Assembly (NCBI GenBank): GCA_951406725.2
Contig: OX597829.1
Location: forward strand, 18,786,001 to 18,850,000
Length of the DNA stretch: 64,000 nt
Reading direction: 5' to 3'
Source of the DNA: Octopus vulgaris
Lineage: Eukaryota
Numbering within the stretch: position 1 is the first letter of the stretch; each line of letters starts with the position of its first letter. Shown in pieces: positions 48,928-62,920 of this stretch. Both the position numbers and the translations under genes were made by a program. The notes beneath the pieces were generated by a model. It worked only from the letters and a program-made list of their open reading frames with translations. It was not told where the DNA came from and ran no database searches.

Positions 48928-49428
48928 CTCTTTTACTTGTTTCAGTCATTTGATTGTGGCCATGCTGGAGCACCGCCTTTAGTCGAGCAAATCAACCCCA
49001 GGACTTATTCTTTGGAAGCCTAGTACTTATTCTATCAGTCTCTTTTACCGAACCACTAAGTTACGGGGATGTAAACACACCAACATATATTTATATATAT
49101 ATATTTTTTTGTATCATCTATCTGAATGATTTGTTGTCCCTTTTTGTATCACCTAGTTGTCTGGATGTTTTGCGTTCTTGTCCCATTTTGTATTTTATTT
49201 CATATATATATAGCGACATACGTACACTTTGTTCTCTTATATATATATACATATATACGACGGGCTTCTTTCAGTTTCCATCTACCAAATCCACTCACAA
49301 GACTTTGGTCAGCCCAAGGCTATAGTGCTATAGTAGAAGACACTTGCCCAAGGTGCCACCCAGTGGGAATGAACACAGAACCATGTGGTTGATAAGCAAG
49401 CTACTTACCACACAGTCACTTCTGCGCT
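48928..49428 (-). mobile_element. SINE family A with insert in the central microsatellite
   Basis: Family A halves separated by ~49085-49255. Confidence 0.85.
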
Positions 49429-49541
49429 TGATGTAAAAGTTTTTTTTATATATTGTTATTGATTTGTTCATTAATAAAAAATACTCCTGAAACAGCTGTA
49501 GTGAATCTCAATCCATCTGCATTATTGCATATATGTATATG

Positions 49542-49586
<45 letters not shown>

Positions 49587-50125
49587 TTTCAGGATTCAAA
49601 GACATGTGTGATGTGTCTGTGTTTGGCAACCAGTGTTGGTATGTTTATATCACCGTAACTAAGCAGCTTAGCAAAGAGACCAATAGAACAAGTACCAAAC
49701 CTTAAAAACAACAACAAAAAAAAACCCCAAATAAGTCCTGGCATCAATTCATTCAACCAAAAATTCTTCAAGGCAGTGCCCCAGCATGGTCGCAGGCTAA
49801 TGGCCGAAACTAGTATAAAAGATAAAAAATGAAAGATGCATTGGGATTACGAGCCATTGAGATGAATAGAAGTCCAAAATGATTGATGAATTCTGAAGCC
49901 TTATTATTGACTTTGATTGGTTTATTGTAGTTTTTGTTTCACATGTAATTTTTTTTATTGTTTGTTTTGTTTATTTGTTTGGTTTTTCTTTTCTTTTTTT
50001 TTTTTTTTGTGGTGGGGTGGTTTGTGATTTTAAAATACGGTAAAACAATTCTATTGATGATGCTTCCAGTGGAAGTGAAATGGTTCTAATGTTTAAGAAG
50101 GAGTATGTGTGACAGAAATAAGAAT

Positions 50126-50181
<56 letters not shown>

Positions 50182-50339
50182 CATTTGATATGAAGTTAGG
50201 TCAGACCTGAGTGAAATCTTTGGGTCTTCACTATTGAAGATTAATGCAGGATTATGACCAAAATGAAAAAAAAAAATACAAAAACAAACAAACCAAATAA
50301 TGATGCATTGCAGACCTGTCAAACACATATTGGAATGAA

Positions 50340-51070
50340 TGGTGGTGGTGGTGGTGGTGGTGGAGGGGGAGAGGATATCAAACAAAACGATTGTGATGGT
50401 GGTGGTGGTGATGGTGGTGCTGCAGACAAGGTAATTGTTAGGTCACTATGATAGTGGTGTCGGTTGATAATGGTAGTTGGTGCCAACATGGCTTTGGTGT
50501 TGGCTGAACCCGCCATACTGCTTGTGGACAAGAATGACGATGACGATGATGATGATGATAATGGTGATGGTGGTTGTGGTTGTAGAGATAATGACGGAGG
50601 TGTGGTGGAAGCAGCAGCGGCAGTGGTGCCAGCAGAAGCAGTGGTGATAGTGATGGTGGCGGTATTGATGGTGATGGTCATGGTGGTGATGGTGATGGTG
50701 ATGGTGATGGTGATGGTGATAACGACAATGATGATTATGACAACAACGATGATAATGATGATGACTGTAGTGATGGTAGTGATAGTGGTTTTGGTCATAG
50801 TGATGATGATGATGACGATGACAATGATGACAACGATGATGATGGTAATGGAGGAGATGGTGGTGGTCGTGGTCGTGGTGGTGGTCATCGTGGTGTTGGT
50901 CATCGTGGTGGTGGTTGTTGTGGTGGTGGTCGTCGTGGTGGTGGTCGTGGTGGTGGTCATGGTCGGGGTGGTGGTGGCTGATAGTGTTGGCGGCAGTATT
51001 AGCCACCAACAGATTGGGACAGTAACAACAACAACATTAAGATGATGATGATGATGCTGATGATAATGAT
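50340..51070. repeat. Low-complexity (GGT/GAT)n trinucleotide tract
   Basis: Seen directly; source of poly-V/M/H/T ORFs. Confidence 0.9.
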
Positions 51071-51896
51071 TATGAGGGCAATTAAAGATTTTTTTTTTAA
51101 ACGGCAAAAAGAAGAAAAAGGAAAAGAAAAAAGAAAGAAAATTCGACTGACATAAAGCAGAACAAAGAAAATTTTTGATCAATTGAAAATTATTACTGTC
51201 AGCCATAAACACTTTGTTTGCTGTTGTATGCCGTTTTTGTGCAAACATCTGGACAATAGGTGAAATGGTGAGCAGTCACCACCATTAAGTCACCCAGTTG
51301 CTCCACTTCGTTACCAAGGCATGGATTTATTTACTCGGTGCAAAATTGTGACAGCCAACCCAGAAAATAAATCTCTTTGATATAAATAAAATGAAATAGC
51401 ATCCTGTCTACCTAACTTGAGATTATTTGTTCACTGAGGATAAATACCTGGGAAATATATTAGCTGCTACGAGGGTTTTGAATTACATGTACTACCACCA
51501 CCACCACCACCACCACCATCACCATCACTATCACTGGCACCCACCACCGCCCCTGTCGGCACCACCACCACCACCACTACAAGCACCCACCACTGCCACC
51601 ATCAGCAGCACTACCACCACCGGCACTTAGCACTACTACCATCGGCACCCACCACCACCACCACCACCACCACCACCATTACCACCTCTGCTGCTGTCAT
51701 CTCTACCAATACCTGCACCTCCAGCATCGCCACCACCACTACCACCACCACCACCACCACCACCACCACCACTACTTGTTCCAACAACAGCAATAGCAAG
51801 GAAGTCATGTAGGATAACGTGGTCTTAGGTTTACAACGTGATTCTGAAGAGAAGAACAGAGCAGGATGGTCATGGATGGAAAGCATTTGCTCTATC

Positions 51897-51936
<40 letters not shown>

Positions 51937-52627
51937 AATCTGAGGCTGCTGAAACAACAACAACAACAACGCCACCTCCACCACCATCAGTAACAATAAT
52001 ACAATTTTAATGATGTCCTGCTTAAGTATATCATTCCCAATATTCTATCCTCCAATCTCTGTCCCACTCACCATCACCACCACCACCACATTCCTGATGA
52101 TGGAGGTGGTGGTGGTGGTGATACTGGTGATGGGGGTGATGGTGATTGGTGGTTGGGTGGTGGGAGAAGCAAAGGTATAGATGCAGTGATCTGCAGAGTA
52201 AATATAGGACATGGTAAAAAGTCTGATTCCTCCAACCTCATTGTTCTGGATTCAGTCCCACATGGAGGAACTTAGGCTGGTGTCTTCTGCTATAGCCTCT
52301 GGCTAACCAAAGCTTTGAGTGAATTTGGTACATGGAAACTGAAAGAAGCCTGCCACACACACATGTTAAATGATTAATTTGGAAGATGTGATGTAACCAT
52401 CTTGCTTCACTGTCTTTCATATCCATCATTCAAAATATACCCTACGTGCACTTCAGAATTCTGGACGTAGATCCAGCAACAAACACGCAGGTGGTGGTGC
52501 TGCCAGGTAGCTGTAAGTGGTGAATGTACCCTGCAAGCACACTACCTGGGACTTACCCTGAAACAAGGTTTGGATACTGCATTTAACACCTACTTTCCTT
52601 AATTCTAAATTTAGCTTTTATATATTA

Positions 52628-53086
52628 TAGAGATGTACTTGCATAGCAAGTGATCTGATCTGAGATTGTGTGCTGAAACGAAAACAATTGCAGCATGGAA
52701 GGTGTTTATAAGCCATTTAAGAAACACACAAAAACCGTTAGATTCACTTCAACATTTAAATTTAATTTGCCAAAATATTTTCGTTGCTTTGAGACCACGA
52801 CCTGATCACTGACAAAATTCCGTACTGCATCCATAGGATTCAAGATCTGTTATATATATTATGGAGATGTACTTGCATAGCAAGTGACTTCATCTGAGAT
52901 AGTATGCTGAAACAAGAACTGTTAGTTTCATTTCAACATTTAAATTTAATTTGTGTCAAAATCTTTTTGTTGCTTTGAAACCACAGACTGTTCACTGATA
53001 AAAATATTAAATTTAAATGTTGAAGTGAAATTAACAGTTTTTGTGTGTTCTTAAATGGCTTACAAACATCTTCCTTGCTGCAATTG
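52628..53086 (-). mobile_element. G3-C8 hammerhead family: ~225-bp monomer, second deleted tandem monomer and an inverted arm
   Basis: GAGATGTACTTGCATAGCAAGTGA at ~52630 and ~52864; inverted arm 53007-53086; same family as 4503-4823. Confidence 0.75.
52766..52816 (-). ncRNA. Putative hammerhead, G3-C8 variant (GTGATCA core)
   Basis: TTTGTCA GTGATCA G GTCGT GGTCTCAAA GCAAC GAAA ATATTT TGGCAAA. Confidence 0.55.
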
Positions 53087-53101
53087 TGTATATATATATA
53101 T

Positions 53102-53210
53102 AGGGAGAATTCACAAAAAAACAAAAGACAAAGACAGGTGGTGTACACAACAAATAGATGTATTAGTATAAAGCTCGGGAAGTGAAAAGTCTTTAACGTT
53201 TCGAGCCTAC
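53102..53210 (-). mobile_element. Truncated hammerhead-family repeat (3' half of motif)
   Basis: Minus strand GTAGGCTC GAAA CGTT AAAG then pyrimidine-rich tail; abuts a SINE. Confidence 0.5.
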
Positions 53211-53212
53211 CG

Positions 53213-53588
53213 TTGTTTCAGTCATTTGATTGTAGCCATGCTAGAGCACTGCCTTTAGTCGAGCTAAGTGACCCCAGGACTTATTCTTTGTAAGCCTAGT
53301 ACTTATTCTATCGGTCTCTTTTGCCAAACCGCTAAGTTACAGGAACGCAAAAACACTACCATCGGTTGTCAAGTGATGCCAGGGGTAAAAACACAGACAC
53401 ACACACACATATATATATACATATATACAACAGGCTTCTTTCAGTTTCCATCTACCAAATCCACTCACAAGGCTTTGGTCAGCCCAGGGCTATAGTAGAA
53501 GACACTTGCCCAAGGTGCCATGCAGTGGGTCTGAACCCGGAACTATGTGGTTGGTAAGCAAGCTACTTACCGCACAGCCACTCCAGCA

Positions 53589-53592
<4 letters not shown>
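53213..53592 (-). mobile_element. SINE family A
   Basis: Family A motifs. Confidence 0.85.
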
Positions 53593-53640
<48 letters not shown>

Positions 53641-53648
53641 ATCTCTTA

Positions 53649-53862
53649 AGCACCACCAGCTCAAATATTTTCTCCTCTGTCTTCCCTCCTTGGGATCTTT
53701 CCTTCTCCTTGTTTCCGACGAAGAGCTCCGCTCAAAACGTTAAACCCTCCTTCCCTTCTTTCCTGAGCATCAATAATACTTTAATTGTTCCACGTCCTGC
53801 GTTGCTGTATTTTTTCCCTTTTTTTTTCTCTTTTTTTCTGTGTTTTCTTGTTTGGATTAACT
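53649..53862 (+). mobile_element. Second copy of the CCGACGA hammerhead repeat (motif 53711-53745, GAAA decayed to AAAA)
   Basis: Near identical to 32359-32563, flanked by (TA)n. Confidence 0.75.
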
Positions 53863-54126
53863 ATATATATATATATATATATACACAGCTGAGTGGACAA
53901 ACAAAAGAAGGGCACTCAACACATTTATTGAGAGTTATATGTATGAATCAAAACAGTTTGATTTAAATTCCATGCCACTTAAAGTTTCAAAGCTTGTGAG
54001 GCTTATCGTCAGGCTGTGGAAATTCAAATTTCTACTATAGTCATCAGGTTGTGAGTTCAAATTGCACTTAGAAAGATCCCCTCTGAGGAGAGTATGTATA
54101 TGTGTGTATTTATAAAGGGGCATACG

Positions 54127-54157
<31 letters not shown>

Positions 54158-55074
54158 TCTTTTGACACTCACAGACACACATACACACACACACAAGTAC
54201 AGTACTCAACCATGTAAAAGGCTCTCTCTCATTGACTTGCTTAACTACGATTGCTATTTTTGATTATTAGGCCTTCCCAATTCTCTTCCCTGACACAGGG
54301 AAACCCTTCTCTGTTTTAACAAATTGGATCTTGTTGTTTAACCCCAGATCAAACTGGACTTAGCTAATCCACAACCAAAGATGCTCCATCCATGACCATT
54401 TTGTCTTTAAGGAGTATCCAATGTCTCTTTTCTCTTTATAATATTGTGTATTTCAATAGAAATTTGACTGTTATTTCTAGAAGGCCTGGTGTCCACATAG
54501 GGACTTCCATATCATTTCAAGTTTGATGCTATCTTTTGTTGAATCTGCAGTTTTTCTGTCAAAGACAAGTTTACAATAACATTTCCGTGTTTTCTCTGAT
54601 TTCCATATTTTTAATACCACCAAATTAACCGATATTCTGAGGACACTGGAACACTATTTATAAATCCCGTAAGGAGACAACATTATTGCCAAAAGCAATC
54701 TTGAATCCTATCCTCACTTTTTGGAGAACTCAAGATGTTTACAAACATCTCGACTTTTCAAAAAAGGTCAAACCGGTTGTCACATTCAGTTCGTGGCAGT
54801 TGATCTTATTATTAAATGCAAACAGACATTTCATAAATAATCTATCTGAATAGCTGTGTTTCACTCTGAATAGCTATGGTCATCTTTCAAGGTCAACTTT
54901 TGATACACACACACATACACATACACGCATGCACAAACACACATTTGCATCAACACACAAGCATGCATTCAATTTGCTTGGTTTATTTCAGTTAAGGAAA
55001 CTGGACAGGGCTGTGAGTAAAATAAATTCCTGATGAGGGTTCTGCTTCCTTACATTTTACCGATTCTTTTCTCT

Positions 55075-55269
55075 ACTCTTTTACTCTTTACTCTTTTACT
55101 TGCTTCAGTCATTTGACTGCAGCCATGCTGGAGCACTGCCTTCAGTTGAACAGATCGACCCCAGGACTTATTCCATCGGTCTCTTTTGCTGAACCGCTAA
55201 GTTACGGGGACGTAAACACACCAGCATCAGTTGTTAGGTGATGTTGGGGGGACAAACACAGACACACAA

Positions 55270-55304
<35 letters not shown>

Positions 55305-55476
55305 CATATATGTGACAGGCTTCTTTCAGTTTCTGTCTACCAAATCCACTCACAAGGATTTGGTCGGCCCAAGGCTATAGTAGAAGACACTTGCCTTGGG
55401 TGCCACGCAGTGGGACTGAACCCGGAACCATCTGGTTCGTAAGCAAGCTACTTACCACACAGCCACTCCTACGCCT
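55075..55476 (-). mobile_element. SINE family A
   Basis: Family A motifs. Confidence 0.88.
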
Positions 55477-56073
55477 CTGCAGAGTATTTTTTTGGATCTA
55501 TTCTTGTGCTGTATTATCTAGTCCTTTCTTTGAATGGTACTGCTCTTATTTGGAAGAAGTGAACTGGCAGAGTCATTAGATCATCTGACTAATATTATTC
55601 ATCCCACATTGTTGCACCTTAAGTTCAAATCATGCTGGTATCAATTTTGCCTTCCAAACTTTCAGGGAGTTGATAAATAAAGTACGAGTCCAGTTCATTT
55701 TCTGTCTTCTCTCTGTCTCTGTCTGTCTATCTGTCTCACTTTCTGTTTTTTTTCTCTCTCTCACTCTCTCTTTATCTGCCTCTTATTTCTTTATTGCCCA
55801 CAAGGGGCTACACATAGAGGGGACAAACAAGGACAGACAAACAGATTAAGTCGATTATATCAACCCCAGTGCATAACTGGTACTTATTTAATCGATCTCT
55901 TATAATTTTCATTTTTCTATACCTAAATATAATGCTATCCCCACCAGTTTTGGTCCTGATGCTTTGTATTTAAATTTCCTGCATAATACTCAAGTAAAGG
56001 GGATGTTTTCCTCCCCCTAAACACAACCCATACTATAAGTCAAAATCAAAAAAGGATTCACTTATTTTCCTTT

Positions 56074-56935
56074 AGGCGCAGGAGTGGCTGTGTGGTAAGT
56101 AGCTTGCTTACCAACCACATGGTTCTGGGTTCAGTCCCACTGCGTAGCACCTTGGGCAAGTGTCTTCTACTATAGCATTGGGCCGACCAAAGCCTTGTGA
56201 GTGGATTTGGTAGACAGAAACTGAAAGAAGCCCATCGTATATATGTATATGTGTGTGTATATGTGTTTGTTCCCCCAACATCGCTTGACAACTAATGCTG
56301 GTTTGTTTACATCCCCATCACTTAGCAGTTCAGCAAGAGAGACCGATAGGATAAGTACTAGGCTTACAAAGAATAAGTCCTGAGGTCGATTTGCATGACT
56401 AAAGGTGGTGCTCCAGCATGACTGCAGTCAAATGACTGAAACAAGTAAAAGAATAAAAGAATATACAAAATCAGTACTTTAGGTTATAGTTATCATATGA
56501 TGGGTGCAGGCATGGCTGTGTGGTAAGAAGCTTGCTTCCCAACCACAGGGTTCTGGGTTCAGTCCCACTGCATAGTACCTTGGCCAAAGTGTATTCTACT
56601 ATAACCTGGGGCCAACCAAAGCTTTGTGAGTGGATTTTGTAGACACAAACTCTGTGAGTATGTGTGTGTGTGTGTGTTTGTGTGTGTATGTCTTGGGGGT
56701 AAGTCTGTGTTTGTTCCTACACTACTTGGCAACTGGTGTTGGTTTGCTTATGTCCCCGTCACTTAACAGTTCGGCAAAAGGGAGCAATGGAATAAGTACC
56801 AGGTTTAAAAAGAAAAATGTACTGGGGTAAATTCATTCGACTAAACAAAAACAAAAGAAAAACAACAAAAAAAAATATTCTTCAAAGCAAAGTGCTCCAG
56901 CATGGCTTTAGTCTAACAATTGAAACAAAAGAAAA
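56074..56935 (+). mobile_element. Two consecutive SINE family A copies (56074-56461 younger, 56503-56935 older)
   Basis: Two heads and two tails. Confidence 0.85.
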
Positions 56936-57487
56936 GATATAAACAAAAGGCAAAAAGCCTTATGTAAATGTAAGTCTCTGTCTCTGTTTAAATAAGAATA
57001 TCATTTTCTTACTGTAACTGCAAACCAAACCTATGTTGAATATTTGACCTCTAAGACAGGTTCATAGTTTTAATATAATCAAGATTCTATGTTGTAAAAC
57101 ACTGAACCCCCCCCCCCAAAAAAAAAATCCAACTCGCCTCACGTGCCTCCCCCACCCAATGCCGCTCCCTTCCCTGTGCCGGTGGCGGGGGGGGACTTGA
57201 TTTGTTTTTCTAGCAATGCACCAGCTCCAGAGATATCCTGTTTTAAGTCTTTGAGTCTGTTAGTTTGTTGTGGTAGGCAGATGGAAGGTTGGAAAGAATG
57301 TAAGTAAGGAGGATGTATAGGTTAGAAGAAGACAAGCTGTGCTATAAGATTCTGTTTATCTTGTGCATAATGATGATGGCGATGGCAGAAGTGATGATGA
57401 TGATGATGATGATGATAAACATTGCCATCACCACCACCACCACCACCACCACCACTACATCCACTATGGTGATAAAGCATTTTCAGT

Positions 57488-57965
57488 CCTTTCATCCTTT
57501 CGGGGTCGATAAATTAAGTACCAGTTACGCACTGGGGTCGATATAATTGACTTAATCCTTTTGTCAGTCCTTGTTTGTCCCCTCTGTGTTTAGCATCTTG
57601 TGGGCAATAAAGAAATAAGAATTTGAACTCAGAATGTAAAGACAGATGAAATACCTATTTCTTTACTACCCACAAGGGGCTAAACACAGAGGGGACAAAC
57701 AAGGACAGACAAACGGATTAAGTTGATTACATCAACCCCAGTGCGTAACTGGTACTTTATTTATCAACCCCGGAAGAATGAAAGGCAAAGTTGACCATGG
57801 CGGAATTTGAACTCAGAATGTAACAGCAGACGAAATACAGCTACGCATTTCGCCCGGGGTGCTAACCTTTCTGCCAGCTCGCTGATACCTTAGATACTTA
57901 TTTTATTGACTCCAACAGGATGAAAAGTAAAGTCAACCTTGGTGAGAGTTGAACTCAGAACATAA
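57488..57965. mobile_element. SINE family B cluster: + fragment then - copies forming an inverted pair
   Basis: 57488-57605 is the reverse complement of ~57668-57786. Confidence 0.8.
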
Positions 57966-58499
57966 AGACTTACATGATGCTGCATTGTATATAAAGTACA
58001 GTCATAGACCATGGAGTTAATGAGATAGATTAGCATTGTGTAAATGGAGTATGTAGAATGGCATGGCGGTGGTGAAGATGGAGGTAAGGAATATCAAATT
58101 CTGGAAATGTTTTGTGGAAAGATTGAAGAAAGAGCAGAGGAATGAAAAGAAAGATGGTAAGTTAAAGTCAGGCTGGTAGATAGACAGAAGACAGACTGAC
58201 AAGCAGTGACTAGTAAATAAAGAGAAAAACAAAAATAAAGAAATCTTAGAAAGTATGTAAAAAAATAAGAAAAACAAAAGGGATTTAGAGATTCAGGTAG
58301 TGATACAGACAGACAGGTATGAGGCAATAATAGGTAAACAGGTAAGAAAAAGGAAATAACGATGGAAGAAGATAAGATTATAGAGAGGAAGAGACAAAAA
58401 GAATTAGAGCAAAATTTAGAAAGACAAAGACAAAAAAAAAAGAAAAAAACTTACGACTAAATTATAAAAAAAATAATTGGACAAAAATAAAGAAAATAC

Positions 58500-58872
58500 A
58501 TCATCATCATTGTTTAACACCCATTTTCCATGCTGGCATGGGTTCAGTGGGTTGAGAGGAGCTGACAAGGCCATAGCGGGTTCCATAGTCTGTTTTGGTT
58601 TGGTTTTCTACAGTTGGATGCCCTTCCAATTGCCAACCACTTTAAAGAGTGTACTGGGAGCTTTTTACATGGCACCAACACCAATGCTTTTTACATGGCA
58701 CCAGCACCATTGCATTTTATGTGGCACCAGTGCTTTTTTTATGACACCAGCAAAGTGTTTTGTTCATGGCACCAGCACCAGTGTTTTTTATATGGCACCA
58801 TTGCCAATACATTTTATGTGGCACCAGCACCAGTGCTTTTTATGTGGCACCATTACCAGTGCTTTTTATGTA
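58500..58872 (-). mobile_element. Family C-like element with ~27-bp internal minisatellite
   Basis: TGGCACCAGCACCAGTGCTTTTTATG-like unit about 8x. Confidence 0.75.
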
Positions 58873-59561
58873 ATGCCTTGGTTTTAGGATATCAATTCTG
58901 TTGTAGTGGGCAGGTCTCATTGCCACATATCTTGGTCGATGTGCTACATATCTCAGTCCTCTGTCAAAATAAAACAAAAAAATACAAAAATTAGATTAAC
59001 AATAAAAAAGAACTTATCAAACAAGCAAAAGTTAAAAAGAAAGACAGAGTCTATGGATGGTATTAATTATGACATTATTATAATATCTGTTCATTATATT
59101 GTGTTACTGTAAAGCAGTGAAGCAACAGAATTATTATAACACCTGACAGAATGCTTAGCAGCATTTCTTCCATCTTTGCATTCTGGGCTGAAATTCTTCT
59201 CTTCCTTTCATTCTTTCAGGGTCGATAAAATAATTACCGGTCAAGCACTTGGGTGGGGGGGGTTGATGTAATCGACTAACTCTGCCCTCCACTAAAGTTT
59301 CAGGCTTTGTACCTAAAGTAGAAAGGATTATATTATGTTATGATTAGAGCAAATATGGGTGGTGGTGGTCGTGGTGGCGGCGGTTGTTGTTGTTTTTCTT
59401 TTTTGATGATGGTGATAATAGTGGTTGTATAAAAGTGACAAAAAAAAAACACAAGCAGTAGGATATTTTCATCAATCAGAAAGTAATTTTGTGCAATGGT
59501 TTTGTATCGGTCTTTTCTTCTACATCTATCAACGTTTATCACGGTGGTTTGGATCCAAAGT

Positions 59562-59790
59562 ACGAGGTGGTATCAAAAGGTTTCCGGACTAGTTATGTTT
59601 AATAAATAATAACTTATTTACACGAGAGGCATGCTGCATGTTCAATTCAGATGTTAGGATTACTTGCACGGAGCCATACAACAGAGCAACATCAGCAATG
59701 CTGTTGATTGTCCTCTCACAATCCTCATACATAATCTGATGAATTTTTTTCCACCTTTCCAGGGATGACACTCGTGGCAGGTCTTCCAAA
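59562..59790 (-). mobile_element. Mariner-derived fragment (TIR plus HTH-region remnant)
   Basis: TACGAGGTGGTATCAAAAGGTTTCCGGAC terminus; minus strand GRPATSV..KKIHQIMYEDCERTINSIADVALLYGSVQVILTSELNM. Confidence 0.65.
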
Positions 59791-59791
59791 G

Positions 59792-59946
59792 GTGTGGCTG
59801 TGTGGTAAGAAGCTTGCTTCCCAACCACATGGTTCTAGGTTCAGTCCCACTGTGTGGCACCTTGGCCAAGTGTCTTCTGCTATAGCCTTAAGCCGACCAA
59901 AGCCTTGTGAGTGGATTTGGTAGACAGAAACTGAGTGAAGCCTGTC

Positions 59947-59989
<43 letters not shown>

Positions 59990-61190
59990 TGTGTTTGTCC
60001 CCCCACCATCACTCAACAAGATATGCTGGTGTGTTTACGTCTCCCATAACTTAGTGGTTCCACAAAAGAGACTGATAGAATAAGTACTAGGCTTACAAAG
60101 AATAAGTCCTGGGGTTGATTTGTTTGACTAAAAGTAGTGCTCCAGCATGGCTGCATCAAATAACTGAAACAAGTAAAAGAAAAAGAAAAAAAGAGGTGTA
60201 GGCAAGACTGTGTGATAAGAAACTTGCTTCCCAACCACATGGTTCCAGGCTCAGTCCTTGGGCAAGTGTCTTCTACAAAGCCTCAGATCGACCAAAACCT
60301 TGTGAGTGGGTTTGGTAGACGGAAACTGAAAGAAGCTTGTTATATACATGTGTGTTTGTCCACCCATCACTGCTTGTGTGTGTGCGGATGTCCCCGTAAC
60401 TTAGCAGTTCAGCAAAAGGTACTAATAAGAAATAAGTCCTGGGGTTGGTTTGTTTGACTAAAAGACCCTTCCAGGTGGTGATCCAGCATGGCTGCAGTCA
60501 AATGACTGAAACAAATAAAAGAATAAAAAAGAATAATTCAAATCTCCTTAAAACAGTAAGCTTGTATCATAGAACTCAGGGGCAGTCTCGGGTAGATTGA
60601 CATTAAAAGGGTTAAATGCAAAAATTACACCGGATTTGAAATACTTTAAATAGCTGAAATATTTTATTTATTTCTAAGAAAAATGATGACCTCCCCCAAA
60701 TGCCCAGCAGTCATGACATTATCCTGGCAATTATTTAGCTTTGTGAGTTAAGTAAAATGAAGCAGACTAGGTTTTTCCTCTTTTACTTTTTTACTTGTTT
60801 CAGTCATTTGAATGTGGCCATGCTGGGGCACCACCTTTAGTTAAGCAAATCGACCCCAGTACTTATTTTTTGTGAACCTAGTACTCAGTCTCTTTTGCCG
60901 AACCGCCAAGTTACGGGGACGTAAACACACCAGCATCGGTAGTCAAGCGATGTTGGTGGGGACAAACACAGACACACAAGCATATACACATACATACATA
61001 TCATCATATACATCATACATATATATGACAGGCTTCTTTCAGTTCCCATCTACCAAATCCACTCACAGGGCTTTGGTCGGCCCCGAGGCTGTAGTAGAAG
61101 ACACTTGCTCAAGGTGCCACGCAGTGGGACTGAACCTAGAACCATGTGGCTGGTAAGCAAGCTACTTACCACACAGCCACTCCTGCGCCT
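59792..61190. mobile_element. Three SINE family A copies (59792-60190 +, 60194-60530 +, 60780-61190 -)
   Basis: Family A motifs. Confidence 0.85.
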
Positions 61191-61689
61191 ATATACAACG
61201 CATTCATTTTGACTACCGATGAATGGAAATTTTAAAAGTCACCACATCAATTCTAGGCAAGTTAGATTCAATTAATGCATGACATAGCTCTAGCTTTATA
61301 GGTTTCATTAGTCCTTTTGTTCCTGTATTTCTGTTGAAATACACTGTCCTTGTTTCAATTAATTTTGAAATTAATGGAGAATTTGCTAGAATAACTGTTC
61401 ATTATTAAGCCGGTGTTTAGATCATGAATTAACATGAAATTTCACTGGGAAGTTTTAATTTAGATCACTTTAATGTGGAAAGTTTATAATATCAGAGACT
61501 CAGGCGCAGTGTTAGACACACATTGGTATTAAAAGTGTTGCAGAATGGAATTAGTAACCCAAAAGAGTTTAGATAAAATGTAGCACTTGATGGTTGTGGA
61601 TATTGTTATAGCTATTTTATCTGTTTGTTTGTTTGTTTGTTTGTTTGTTTGATGTTGTTTAGCCCTAGGTGAGTCCTGATCAAGCTCTC

Positions 61690-62250
61690 CTAACTGCATG
61701 GTTCCAGGTTTCCTCTCGCTGTGTGGCATCTTAGGCAAGTGTCATCTACTATAGCTCCAGGTTGACCAAAGCCTTGTGAGTGTATTTGGTAGATGAAAAC
61801 TGAAAGAAGCTTGTCGTATATATGTGTGTGTGTGTCTTTGTGTCTCTGTTTGTCCCCCAATACCAGTTGACAACTGGTGTTGTTGTGTTTATGTCCCCAT
61901 AACTTAGCAGTTTGGTAAAAGACACCAATAGAATAAGGCGGCGAGCTGGCAGAACTGTTAGCACACCAGGCGCAATGCTTAGTGGCATTTTGGCTGCTGT
62001 TACATTTTGAGTTCAAATTCCGCCAAGGTCAATTTTGCCTTTCATCCTTTCAGGGTCGATAAATTAAGTACCAGTTACACACTGGGGTCGATGTAATTGA
62101 CTTAATCCCTTTGTCTGTCCTTGTTTGTACTGGGCTTTAAAAAAATAAGTAATGGGGGTCAATTCATTCGACTAATAATTCTTCAAGGCGGTGCCCCAGC
62201 ATGGCCACTGTCTAATGATTGAAACAAGTGAAAGAACAAATGAATAAAAG
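61690..62250 (+). mobile_element. SINE family A with nested family B (61937-62128)
   Basis: Family A split at AGAATAAG|...|TACTGGGC by a copy starting GGCGGCGAGCTGGCAGAA. Confidence 0.85.
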
Positions 62251-62267
62251 AATGACAAGTGTAAATT

Positions 62268-62920
62268 ATGATGATAATGATAGAAACGATGACGATAGTA
62301 GTCAGTACAAAATAGTGATGATGGTGACATTGATGATGATGATGAGGAGGAAGTGGAGTGTGGTGGTGTGACAGTGATGTTGATGATGTTGATGAGGAGG
62401 AGGAGGCGGAGAGAAGTGTGATGGTGGTGGTGGTGGTCCTGCGATGATGGTGATAATGATGGTGACGATGATGGTAACATTGATAATGATGATGAGGAAG
62501 AGGAGGAGGGGTGTGGTGGTGTGATGTTGATGGTGATGATGGTGATGCTGATGATGATGATAAGGAAGTGGAGTGTGATGGTGGTGGTGGTGGCGGTGTT
62601 TGTGGTGTGATGATGGCAGTGGTGGTGATGACGGTGATGATGAGGATGAGGAGTGTGGTGGTGGTGGTGTGATGATGATCAGGAGGAGGAATGTGGTGGT
62701 GGCGGTGGTTGTGGCGTGATGATGGTAGTGGTGGTGATGATGGTGATAATGATGAGGAGGAGAAGGAGGAGGAGTGTGGTGGTGGTGGTGTGATGATGAT
62801 GAGGAGGAGGAGGAATGTGGTGGTGGCATGTAGTAGTTTCGATGATAACAACAACGATGACGATGATGACGAAGACAGCAATGACATCGACGATGACGAC
62901 GATGATGACGAAGACGATCA
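62268..62920. repeat. Low-complexity (GGT/GAT/GAG)n tract with loose higher-order periodicity
   Basis: Seen directly. Confidence 0.9.

Noticed and set aside
50319-51248. Poly-Thr/His/Val ORFs (also 62172-62972, 63488-63895)
   Set aside because: Trinucleotide low-complexity tracts open in several frames on both strands
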